A stretch of 32,000 nucleotides of DNA from Nitrosopumilus maritimus SCM1 (lineage in GTDB: Archaea > Thermoproteota > Nitrososphaeria > Nitrososphaerales > Nitrosopumilaceae): NCBI RefSeq assembly GCF_000018465.1, contig NC_010085.1, positions 210,001 through 242,000 of the forward strand, written 5' to 3'. This document shows positions 8,651-15,954 of this stretch, one piece after another. Within the stretch, counting starts at the first letter, position 1, and each line of letters opens with the position of its first letter. A program made the translations under genes and the position numbers. The notes beneath the pieces are model-generated. The model made no database searches and was not told the DNA's origin. It saw nothing but the letters and a program-made list of their open reading frames with translations.

Positions 8651-9582
8651 TTTAGATCTAAGTATATTGGAACTCCTTTCTGACTAGATAAAAGTGCAGC
8701 TTCAGCAATCTTTGAAACATTTACTGCTTGTTGTGCTTTTACAATATGTTCATCTTTGCCTTCAACAGCATTAAGAAAACTTTGAATTTCTAATAGTAAG
8801 GGTTCTTGTTTTTCATTTTCTATATTTTCTATTTCTTCTTGTTTTTCTACTTTGATTTCTTGTGTGATAAAATCTGATGAAATTCTTGCATCATTACAAA
8901 TTGCATGAAATTTTCTAATTCTTTTTGGAGTAATCCAATTTGATGTAATAATTGCAACTTTGTTATCTTTGTATCCTAGCATGATTGTTGCAAAATCTTC
9001 ATGTTCATGTTTGATTTGTCCTGATCTTGCAAATACAACGTTTGGCATTTCATCAAACAACCAATTTGCAGTATCAATATCGTGTACTGAAGTATCATAG
9101 ATTATTCCTACATCTTTAATGTGAAGTGGCATTCTGTTTTCTCTATGAAATTCAAGCATAATCAAATCCCCATATTTTTTTTCTTTAACAAGATTTTTTA
9201 CAATTCCTACTGCAGGATTAAATCTCTCAATATATCCGCAGGTTAGAATTACTCTGTTTTTATCTGCAAGTCTTGCAAGTTCTTCACCTTCTTCAGTTTT
9301 GTATGTGAGAGGCTTTTCAACAAAGACATGTTTTTTTGCCTCAAGTAATTTTTTTGCAATTTCTGCATGTGTGGATGTTGGTGTAATGACAAATGCACCA
9401 TCAAATTCTTCAGATGAAATCATATTTTCAAGAGATTCATAGTGATTGACAGAATATTTTTCTCCAAATTCTTTACTGCGTTGTGTGTCTGCATCACAAA
9501 TCGCACTTAGCACTCCTAATTCTGATAATATTCTAGCATGATTCTTGCCCCATCCTCCGGTACCAATCTGAACAATTTTCAT
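8647..9582 (-). CDS. Gfo/Idh/MocA-family NAD(P)-dependent oxidoreductase (sugar-nucleotide dehydrogenase-like)
   Basis: N-terminal Rossmann 'KIVQIGTGGWGKNHA' and the family 'VFVEKPL' motif. Abuts ilvE with no gap. Confidence 0.85.
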   Translation of the reverse strand: MKIVQIGTGGWGKNHARILSELGVLSAICDADTQRSKEFGEKYSVNHYESLENMISSEEFDGAFVITPTSTHAEIAKKLLEAKKHVFVEKPLTYKTEEGEELARLADKNRVILTCGYIERFNPAVGIVKNLVKEKKYGDLIMLEFHRENRMPLHIKDVGIIYDTSVHDIDTANWLFDEMPNVVFARSGQIKHEHEDFATIMLGYKDNKVAIITSNWITPKRIRKFHAICNDARISSDFITQEIKVEKQEEIENIENEKQEPLLLEIQSFLNAVEGKDEHIVKAQQAVNVSKIAEAALLSSQKGVPIYLDLK

Positions 9583-10500
9583 CTAATACACCGCAGTTAA
9601 CCAATGAGAATAGTCGTCATTTTTGTTCATTACAATGTCTGTATATTCTTCCATCATCTTCTTTGTAATGTCTCCAGGTTTGCCATTACTGACTTTCTTT
9701 CCATCAAGTGAAATTATGGGTGTGATCTCAGCTGCAGTTCCTGTTAAAAATACCTCATCAGACATTGCAAGCTCACTACGTGTAATGTCTCTTTCAACTA
9801 TTTCAATATCCAGATCTCTTGCAATTTTAATAACTGCATCGCGAGTAATTCCTTCTAGTGCAGCTGATGCTAATGATGGTGTTGCCATCTGACCCTCTCT
9901 AACAATAAAGATATTCTCACCAGGTGCTTCACTTACATTTCCGTTATGATCAAGTAATATTGCTTCATCTACTCCGTTTCTTTTTGCTTCTTGTGTTGCA
10001 ATGATTGAATTTAGATAATTTCCACCCATCTTTGCTTGAGGCGGAGTTGACATGTCTGAGAATTTTCTCCATGAGACAATTCCTGCAGAGATACCATTCT
10101 TGTTAAATAAATCCCCAAAAGGAAACGTAAACATTGCAACATTTGTTGGAGCTTTTTCAGTAACGTGAAGATTTATTCCGTAATCTCCTACAAAATAAAA
10201 TGGTCTAATATAACATGATTTTTTGATTTTATTTTTTTTGCATATTCCAATTATTGCTTCTGTAATTTCTTTGTCTGAAAAGTTTAATGAAATATTGTAA
10301 AACTGTCCTGATCTTCTAAATCGTTTTACATGTTCATCTAATCTAAACACATGAAGATTTTTTCCATTCCAATATGCTCTAATTCCCTCAAAGATAGATG
10401 TTCCATAATGTATTGCATGTGTTGTGATTGGAACTTGTGCTTTTTCTGTTAGAACATATTTTCCATCAAACCAAACATATTTTGAAAGTGGAAGTTTCAT
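9583..10500 (-). CDS. ilvE: Branched-chain amino acid aminotransferase (fold-type IV PLP enzyme)
   Basis: Collinear similarity to E. coli IlvE along the whole length ('HYGTSIFEGIRAY', 'KMGGNYLNS', 'GENIF', 'LEGITRD', 'LTGTAAEITP'). Confidence 0.9.
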   Translation of the reverse strand: MKLPLSKYVWFDGKYVLTEKAQVPITTHAIHYGTSIFEGIRAYWNGKNLHVFRLDEHVKRFRRSGQFYNISLNFSDKEITEAIIGICKKNKIKKSCYIRPFYFVGDYGINLHVTEKAPTNVAMFTFPFGDLFNKNGISAGIVSWRKFSDMSTPPQAKMGGNYLNSIIATQEAKRNGVDEAILLDHNGNVSEAPGENIFIVREGQMATPSLASAALEGITRDAVIKIARDLDIEIVERDITRSELAMSDEVFLTGTAAEITPIISLDGKKVSNGKPGDITKKMMEEYTDIVMNKNDDYSHWLTAVY

Positions 10501-10540
10501 AGAAAATTTTTTGCTGGATGCGTATTAATCTATTTTCAAT

Positions 10541-11920
10541 TTATTTTGTCTCTTTAATTTTAGGTAGCAAAATTGTAAAAATTGCCCCTCCTTCATCTAA
10601 ATTTTGAGCGTAAATTTTGCCATTATGAGCCTCAACAGCATTTTTACAACTAACTAGCCCTAGACCTGTGCCGTCTTGTTTTGTAGTGTAAAGTGGCTCA
10701 AATACTGCGTCCAGTAAATTTTCTGGTATTCCAGTTCCATTGTCTTTTACTGTAATTTTGTCGAATTCTCCCTCTATTTTATAATCAATTATTATCTCAC
10801 CTTGATTTTTTCCAATAGCTTGAACTGAATTTGAGATCATATTGATCAAAACATTTTGTAATTGAATTTTATCACACCAAATTTTTTCATTACTTTCTGA
10901 AATTGATATTTTGATATTTTCTGGTATTGAGATTGTATTTAATACATTATTTGATATTTCAGAAAATTCCACAAAGTTCCTTTCAGGTTCTTTTGCTTTA
11001 ACAAATGCCAGCACTTCGTCAATTTGATGGTTCATTCGAGTTACTCCATCTTGTATCATGTCAAAATATTGTTGATTTTCTTTAATTTTTTCAGGATTTT
11101 TCATTTTCATAACTGCTACTGCATTTTTTATTGTAGTTAACGGATTTCTCAAATCATGTGTAATTCTTGCAGACATTTCCCCGATAGTGGTGAGTCTCTC
11201 TGTTTTTACTAATTCATTTTGATATTTCTCAATTTTTTCTCCCATGTTGATAATTTCATCATAAAGCTCATTGATTTCGGGAATTTTTGATTTAATTTCT
11301 TGTTTTTGTAAATCTCCTTTTGAAATACTATCTATTTTTTCTTTAATTATTAGAATTGGATTGCTAATTGAACGACTAAGATATACTGCAACAAAAATAG
11401 ATATTCCGATAATTATTCCTGCTACTACAATAATTTCAGTAATTGTTTCTTGAATACTTTTTTCAATACTATTTGTTGAATAATCTATTACCAAAATCCC
11501 AATTTTCTCATTAAGAACTATTGAATTTGATACACGAATTATGTTATTATCAATCGTTACTGCCTCTTCATTACTTGTTATTGCATTTTGAATAAATTTA
11601 TCCTCAAAAGTTGTCCCATAATTGTAATCGTTATCAGTTCCATCCGTTAGTAAACGTCCATCAGGAAACAGGACTAAAACTTGCTGAATATTTTCATCTC
11701 CCTCCAAGTTATCTACTATCTCATTTAATGCATCAAAATCTAATTGATGCATTGGATTTCGCATTTCACTTTCAGTCAATTTACTTAATGATTGAACTTT
11801 TGATATTGTTAGTTCAAAATACTGATCACTTGCTATTTCTGAAATGATTGCCGCTGAAACTGATGTAGAAATTATTAATGGTAAAATTGTTATTAGTATA
11901 ATCCTTTGAGTTAACTTCAT
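10541..11920 (-). CDS. Membrane sensor histidine kinase (TM - extracytoplasmic domain - TM - HAMP - HisKA - HATPase_c)
   Basis: H-box 'ITHDLRNPL', N/G boxes ('DNGTGIP', 'GTGLGL'), two hydrophobic segments flanking a ~140-aa outside domain. Starts 1 nt after the upstream binding-protein gene. Confidence 0.9.
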   Translation of the reverse strand: MKLTQRIILITILPLIISTSVSAAIISEIASDQYFELTISKVQSLSKLTESEMRNPMHQLDFDALNEIVDNLEGDENIQQVLVLFPDGRLLTDGTDNDYNYGTTFEDKFIQNAITSNEEAVTIDNNIIRVSNSIVLNEKIGILVIDYSTNSIEKSIQETITEIIVVAGIIIGISIFVAVYLSRSISNPILIIKEKIDSISKGDLQKQEIKSKIPEINELYDEIINMGEKIEKYQNELVKTERLTTIGEMSARITHDLRNPLTTIKNAVAVMKMKNPEKIKENQQYFDMIQDGVTRMNHQIDEVLAFVKAKEPERNFVEFSEISNNVLNTISIPENIKISISESNEKIWCDKIQLQNVLINMISNSVQAIGKNQGEIIIDYKIEGEFDKITVKDNGTGIPENLLDAVFEPLYTTKQDGTGLGLVSCKNAVEAHNGKIYAQNLDEGGAIFTILLPKIKETK

Positions 11921-11921
11921 T

Positions 11922-12872
11922 TTATCTCAATGATTCCAATATTTTTCTAACTTGTTCTAGATCTTTTTCCAAATCTATTTCAGAAAATTGTGATGTGCGT
12001 GAAATTTTTCCAAGAATCTCAAGTGCTTCAGGAGTTTCATTCATTTCCAACAAGATTGTTTTCAGATTTTCTTGATCTTCAATATGATTTCCAACAAAAA
12101 CCATCTGTCTAGGTATGGAACCAGTTTTTTCAATCACTTTTACTTTTTCTTTAATGTTGGTTGGTATGTCTTCAAAATCTAAATTAGATGTGGCACCAAC
12201 ATCCCCTCTGCCTTCTAGAAGCCATATTGGAGTATTTTCATCATCTAAGCTAAATACAGGTGTGATGTTTTCTGATGAGGCATCTGCCACATAACCTGCA
12301 TTTTGAAGGTGCGTTAGTGGCAACAAATACCCAGATGTAGATTCTGTATCCTCAAAAACAATGGTTTTTCCATTCAGATCATCAAAAGTAATCTCTGATT
12401 CTATTGGCACTATGAATACAGAGTGGTATTCTCTATACCCTTCTTTCCATGACAACAACAATGGATTCATGTCAGCTTGTTCTGCTACTTTCATTCCAAT
12501 TAGAGGACTATCAAAGAAAATGTCCATTTCTTTATTGATTACACTGTTTATCATCCCTTCTTCGGTTCCAATAATTCTCACAACTCCCTTGTATGTGGTA
12601 TTCTCATCACTTAGTTTTTCAGCCACATAATCTGCTAATGGCTGATATCTTTTTGTCATTTTTACTGAATCTCTATGAATTGTTCCAATCGTGATTGTTT
12701 CATCAAATTCAAGTGGCAAATCCTGCAAAATGGTATCGTCTTGAACTGTTATTTCATCAGAATTTGTCATTTCACCTGATTCTAAAGAAAAAACCGCTGC
12801 AACTGAAATAATTCCAACCACTATTACTGCTAAAATTATTGGAATTTTCACTTCGCTTTCTCTCACCAACAA
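11922..12872 (-). CDS. PhnD-family (phosphonate/phosphite-type) periplasmic solute-binding protein with N-terminal membrane anchor
   Basis: PhnD-like pattern ('RYQPLADYV', 'DIFFDSPL', 'YHSVFIV', 'DLNGKTIVFEDTESTSGYLLP'). There is no in-frame ATG before the hydrophobic anchor: candidate starts are TTG 12872/12869 or GTG 12866/12851. GTG 12851 would give 'MKIPIILAVIVVG...'. Confidence 0.7.
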   Translation of the reverse strand: MLVRESEVKIPIILAVIVVGIISVAAVFSLESGEMTNSDEITVQDDTILQDLPLEFDETITIGTIHRDSVKMTKRYQPLADYVAEKLSDENTTYKGVVRIIGTEEGMINSVINKEMDIFFDSPLIGMKVAEQADMNPLLLSWKEGYREYHSVFIVPIESEITFDDLNGKTIVFEDTESTSGYLLPLTHLQNAGYVADASSENITPVFSLDDENTPIWLLEGRGDVGATSNLDFEDIPTNIKEKVKVIEKTGSIPRQMVFVGNHIEDQENLKTILLEMNETPEALEILGKISRTSQFSEIDLEKDLEQVRKILESLR

Positions 12873-12874
12873 TG

Positions 12875-12883
12875 TTTTAAAAA
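12875..12883. promoter_or_regulatory. Palindromic TATA-like element (TTTTAAAAA), possibly shared by divergent genes
   Basis: It is the only AT-box in the 31-bp gap. It is centred ~25 nt from the receiver ATG (12904) and ~28 nt from the GTG at 12851 of the binding-protein gene. Confidence 0.4.
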
Positions 12884-12903
12884 GACTATTCTCTTTTCAT
12901 TTC

Positions 12904-13284
12904 ATGGCAATAACTGCAATTGTTGCAGAAGATGATGAGGCAAACCTAGAATTATTTTCAGAAATCCTTGAACTAAATAATGTCACTATATTATCTAAAG
13001 TTGTCAATGGCAAAGAAGCTGTAGACTCTTTTGAATCACAAAGACCTGATATTGTATTTCTAGATATTATGATGCCTGATTTTGATGGATTGTATGCCCT
13101 AGAAAATATTAGAAAAATTGATCCATCCGCTAAAGTAGTAATGGTAACAGCTGATACTTCATCTGAAAGTGAAGCCATTCTAGAAAAATTACAACCAAAT
13201 GCTGTAATTCATAAACCATATGAAGTTTCAACTATAACTCATATTATAGAAGATAAATTAGATCTAAAAATTCAATCAAATTAA
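12904..13284 (+). CDS. Single-domain response regulator (CheY-like receiver, no output domain)
   Basis: 126 aa. Acidic pocket 'AEDDE', phospho-acceptor 'FLDIMMPDFDG', 'VMVTAD', conserved 'KP'. Confidence 0.9.
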   Translation: MAITAIVAEDDEANLELFSEILELNNVTILSKVVNGKEAVDSFESQRPDIVFLDIMMPDFDGLYALENIRKIDPSAKVVMVTADTSSESEAILEKLQPNAVIHKPYEVSTITHIIEDKLDLKIQSN

Positions 13285-13886
13285 TCTGTTGACCATCCTT
13301 CTTTAGGAAATTTCATTCCTGCAACTCTTCTAGTTGTATCTTCAACATTTGCAAATTCTTCTACTGTTTTCCAATTCTCTTCAATAATTTTTGCAACATT
13401 TTCAGTCACATCATCTTTCCATGATGTATTGTTTCCAGATACTGCATCATACAATTTTTCTTTTACAGATGAGGCTGAAAGAGATTTTCTCTCCCCTATC
13501 TTTGGATTTAGTCTGTAAATTTTTAACATTAATCCTTCTGCTTTGTCACCCGTATAGGAAAAATAATCTCCCTTTACTCCTCTTAACACTTGTTTTCTTA
13601 ATTTCCATGACTTTGGGGATAGTAATGGAGGAATGTATTTTTTGAATGGGGCAAAAAATGCATAATCTTCAGTAATCTCAATAGAATCTCCAAATTCTGA
13701 TTCTAGCATTTTCTTTCTAACTTCAAAACTAAATGGAAAACTCTTACTGTTAATCTCTTTTTCATTATTTTTGAAAACTACCGGCATTACCTTCACAACA
13801 TCTGCATCTTTTTTTAATTCCTCAATAATTTCTACATGAGCTTTTGTAACAGGATTGAGATGTGCAAGATATAGTGCAGTAATCAA
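13281..13886 (-). CDS. Nucleotidyltransferase-fold protein (cytidylyl/adenylyltransferase-like), specific function unknown
   Basis: N-terminal 'LNPVTKAH' resembles the (H/T)xGH motif (compare PPAT 'DPITNGH'), with Gly replaced by Ala. C-terminal 'SASSVKEKL' resembles the ISSTxIR motif. Confidence 0.5.
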   Translation of the reverse strand: MITALYLAHLNPVTKAHVEIIEELKKDADVVKVMPVVFKNNEKEINSKSFPFSFEVRKKMLESEFGDSIEITEDYAFFAPFKKYIPPLLSPKSWKLRKQVLRGVKGDYFSYTGDKAEGLMLKIYRLNPKIGERKSLSASSVKEKLYDAVSGNNTSWKDDVTENVAKIIEENWKTVEEFANVEDTTRRVAGMKFPKEGWSTD

Positions 13887-13938
13887 TTAGATTCACTAAA
13901 CAAATCTCATATTTCAATGATTGATTTTTTTAAAAATT

Positions 13939-14784
13939 CTATCCGTATGATTCGTACTTGACTTCAAAACTTCCGTCTTCACGTTTGTCATGTTCGGTAA
14001 CAAAGCCTTTTGGTTTTAAGAAGTCCATGACACCATCAATTGTACCTTGCCAACCACATACATAGAATATTGTATTTTCTTTAGTAATCTTATCTCCAAT
14101 CAATTCTTCTAATGGTGACATTCCATTATCTCTTGGTCTTAGGAATGTTTCAACTCTGCCTACTTGACCTGCCCATGATCTATTGAACCATTCTTGAGGT
14201 CTACTTATTGCTGCTCTGTATTTAAAATTCCATTCATCTTTTCCTCTTCTAATACTCTCATTTTCTAATTCAGTTAACAGATCCTTATAGCTTAATTCAT
14301 CTACATAACTGGCACCATGTAATACCACAATCTCTCGTTTGTCTCCTGAATCATGTAGATGCTGTGCAAAACTCACAAAAGGTGCAAGACCAGTTCCGCC
14401 ACCAATACAGATGATTCTTCTGTTGTCTTTTTCTCCATTTGGAAGTTCTTCATTGATTAACAATGCTCGTCCTGTTGGTTTTAACCAGAGAATCTCATCT
14501 CCTTCTTTTGCATTAAACAATTGTGTAGTTAGTCTTCCTGGAAGTGGTTTTCTTACCCATCTGATTACAAGTTCAACATATTCCCTATTTTCTGGATGTG
14601 ATGCAATTGAGTATGCCCTTCTTACAATTTTTCCGCCTTCAACAGGATTTGGTAATCCAAGTGTGATAAATTGACCAGCTTTGTACTCTGGAACTGGACC
14701 TTCTTTTGGAACTAATCTAATAATTACGAGATCTTCTTTTAATAACTGAACATATGTGATTGTTGCTTTGTTATCTACTACCAT
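13939..14784 (-). CDS. Ferredoxin-NADP+ reductase-like flavoenzyme (FAD/NAD(P)-binding oxidoreductase), paralogue 1
   Basis: FAD motif 'RRAYSIAS' (RxYS) and NAD(P) motif 'GGGTGLAPF'. About two-thirds amino-acid identity by eye to the ORF at 25140-25982. Confidence 0.8.
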   Translation of the reverse strand: MVVDNKATITYVQLLKEDLVIIRLVPKEGPVPEYKAGQFITLGLPNPVEGGKIVRRAYSIASHPENREYVELVIRWVRKPLPGRLTTQLFNAKEGDEILWLKPTGRALLINEELPNGEKDNRRIICIGGGTGLAPFVSFAQHLHDSGDKREIVVLHGASYVDELSYKDLLTELENESIRRGKDEWNFKYRAAISRPQEWFNRSWAGQVGRVETFLRPRDNGMSPLEELIGDKITKENTIFYVCGWQGTIDGVMDFLKPKGFVTEHDKREDGSFEVKYESYG

Positions 14785-14807
14785 AACGATTCAATCATAA
14801 TATTGAC

Positions 14808-14820
14808 GGTTAAATATATT
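14808..14820 (-). promoter_or_regulatory. TATA-like promoter element AATATATTTAACC (gene orientation) of FNR-like paralogue 1
   Basis: Its CC end lies 24 nt upstream of the ATG at 14784. A near-identical element (AATATATTTATCC) sits at the same spacing upstream of paralogue 2. Confidence 0.45.
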
Positions 14821-14908
14821 GTGTTAATTTCATACATCGATTTTGTGTTTGACCGCTAAACGTTAATAACCAATTTGAAAAATGTTAGTGATTCAGAATT
14901 CTGAATAT

Positions 14909-14982
14909 GGGCCGGTCGTCTAGTCTGGTAGGATAGGTGCATGGCATGCATCGGATCAAGGGTTCAAATCCCTTCCGGTCCA
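14909..14982 (+). tRNA. tRNA-Ala (anticodon GGC)
   Basis: Acceptor GGGCCGG/CCGGTCC including the G3:U70 alanine identity pair. Anticodon stem GGTGC/GCATC with loop ATGGCAT. T arm AAGGG-TTCAAAT-CCCTT. Discriminator A. Confidence 0.9.
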
Positions 14983-14985
14983 CTT

Positions 14986-15522
14986 TTACTTTTTTAATTT
15001 TGAAAGCATTTTCAATAATTCAGAATCTGCATCTTTTGAAATTTCTTTGATTCTTTCTTCAGAAATTGAAAATTTTAGATTAATTATTGCATGTACTGCA
15101 CTTTTTCTTACTTCTACATTTGTATCTAAAACTGATTCTAGAAAAATTTCTTTTGCTACTTTAGCTTTTAGATGATTTAGTGCACCAATTGCACATGATC
15201 TTACCATAGAACGTTCATCTTTCGCAAGTTTTGTTATGTTGGGAATCGCATCAGTTTCATTTCTGTTAGCTAATGCTAGTGCGACAAAACCTCTGATATT
15301 CTTACTTGTTGAATTCAAATTTTGAATTAAAAAATCTGAAATTTTATTTTTATTTAATACAAGTGAGCTAAATGCTTCTCCTCGTACTTTGATATCATCA
15401 TCATCTAATTTTGAAATGATTTTTTCTAAAATTTCTGGACTGTCTGTTTTATCTAGTGTTTCTAAAATTTTGATTTTTTCTTCACTACTTCCAGATTCTA
15501 GAACTTTTACAATATTTTCCAA
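14986..15522 (-). CDS. HEAT/PBS-lyase-type repeat protein
   Basis: 178 aa of tandem ~30-aa helical repeats ('D..VR..A..AL'): 'DDDIKVRGEAFSSL', 'SKNIRGFVALALA', 'ERSMVRSCAIGAL', 'NVEVRKSAVHAI'. TTG start; no nearby in-frame ATG. Confidence 0.7.
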   Translation of the reverse strand: MENIVKVLESGSSEEKIKILETLDKTDSPEILEKIISKLDDDDIKVRGEAFSSLVLNKNKISDFLIQNLNSTSKNIRGFVALALANRNETDAIPNITKLAKDERSMVRSCAIGALNHLKAKVAKEIFLESVLDTNVEVRKSAVHAIINLKFSISEERIKEISKDADSELLKMLSKLKK

Positions 15523-15607
15523 ATTCTAAATAAAATCCTGTTTTCTAGTTAATATTAGTTCAAATCTTTCAAAAAAATTTGTTTAGACTAGAAAAAACAC
15601 TTTTAGC

Positions 15608-15616
15608 TTTAAATTA
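15608..15616 (+). promoter_or_regulatory. TATA-like box (TTTAAATTA) for alba
   Basis: Centred ~26 nt upstream of the ATG at 15638, followed by TCC as in several other promoters in this window. Confidence 0.45.
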
Positions 15617-15637
15617 TCCTTAAATACCAAATTTTCC

Positions 15638-15925
15638 ATGTCGACCGAAGCAAGAGACACCATATTCATTGGTAAAAAGCCATTGATGGCATATGTTACA
15701 TCAACATTAATTCAATTGGCAAACATACCATCCGTCAACATCAAAGCTAGAGGACTCAGCATTGGACGTGCTGTGGATGTAGCTCAAATCATTGCAAGAA
15801 AAACAGAAAATGCAGGATACTCTATCGGAGAAATCAAAATCGGCTCCGAATCTTTAGAGTCACAAGACGGTAGAACAAGAAACGTTTCAACAATAGAAAT
15901 TGAAGTAAAGAGAAATCAGGCATAA
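15638..15925 (+). CDS. albA: Alba (Sso10b-family) chromatin/RNA-binding protein
   Basis: 95 aa. 'IFIGKKPLMAYV...NIKARGLSIGRAVDVAQII...VSTIEIEV' is the canonical Alba fold sequence pattern. Confidence 0.92.
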   Translation: MSTEARDTIFIGKKPLMAYVTSTLIQLANIPSVNIKARGLSIGRAVDVAQIIARKTENAGYSIGEIKIGSESLESQDGRTRNVSTIEIEVKRNQA

Positions 15926-15940
15926 CTGACTTTACTTGTA

Positions 15941-15954
15941 ATTTTTTATTTTAT
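15941..15954 (+). terminator. Oligo-T tract after alba
   Basis: TTTTTTATTTTATT begins 16 nt after the alba stop and overlaps the 3' end of the convergent gene. Confidence 0.3.

Noticed and set aside
9583-10500. Reassigning the class IV aminotransferase as a sugar-nucleotide aminotransferase because of its operon partners
   Set aside because: The sequence is collinear with bona fide IlvE, including its characteristic motifs. Context alone is insufficient, so it is called ilvE and the context is only flagged as a finding.
15541-15596. Inverted repeat GTTTTCTAGT ... ACTAGAAAA(AC) with a ~36-nt spacer in the HEAT/alba divergent region, and the TCACTATA ... TATAGTGA repeat at 25073-25109
   Set aside because: These are short (8-10 bp), AT-rich and widely spaced, so they are compatible with chance in AT-rich promoter DNA. 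They were not pursued without conservation data.
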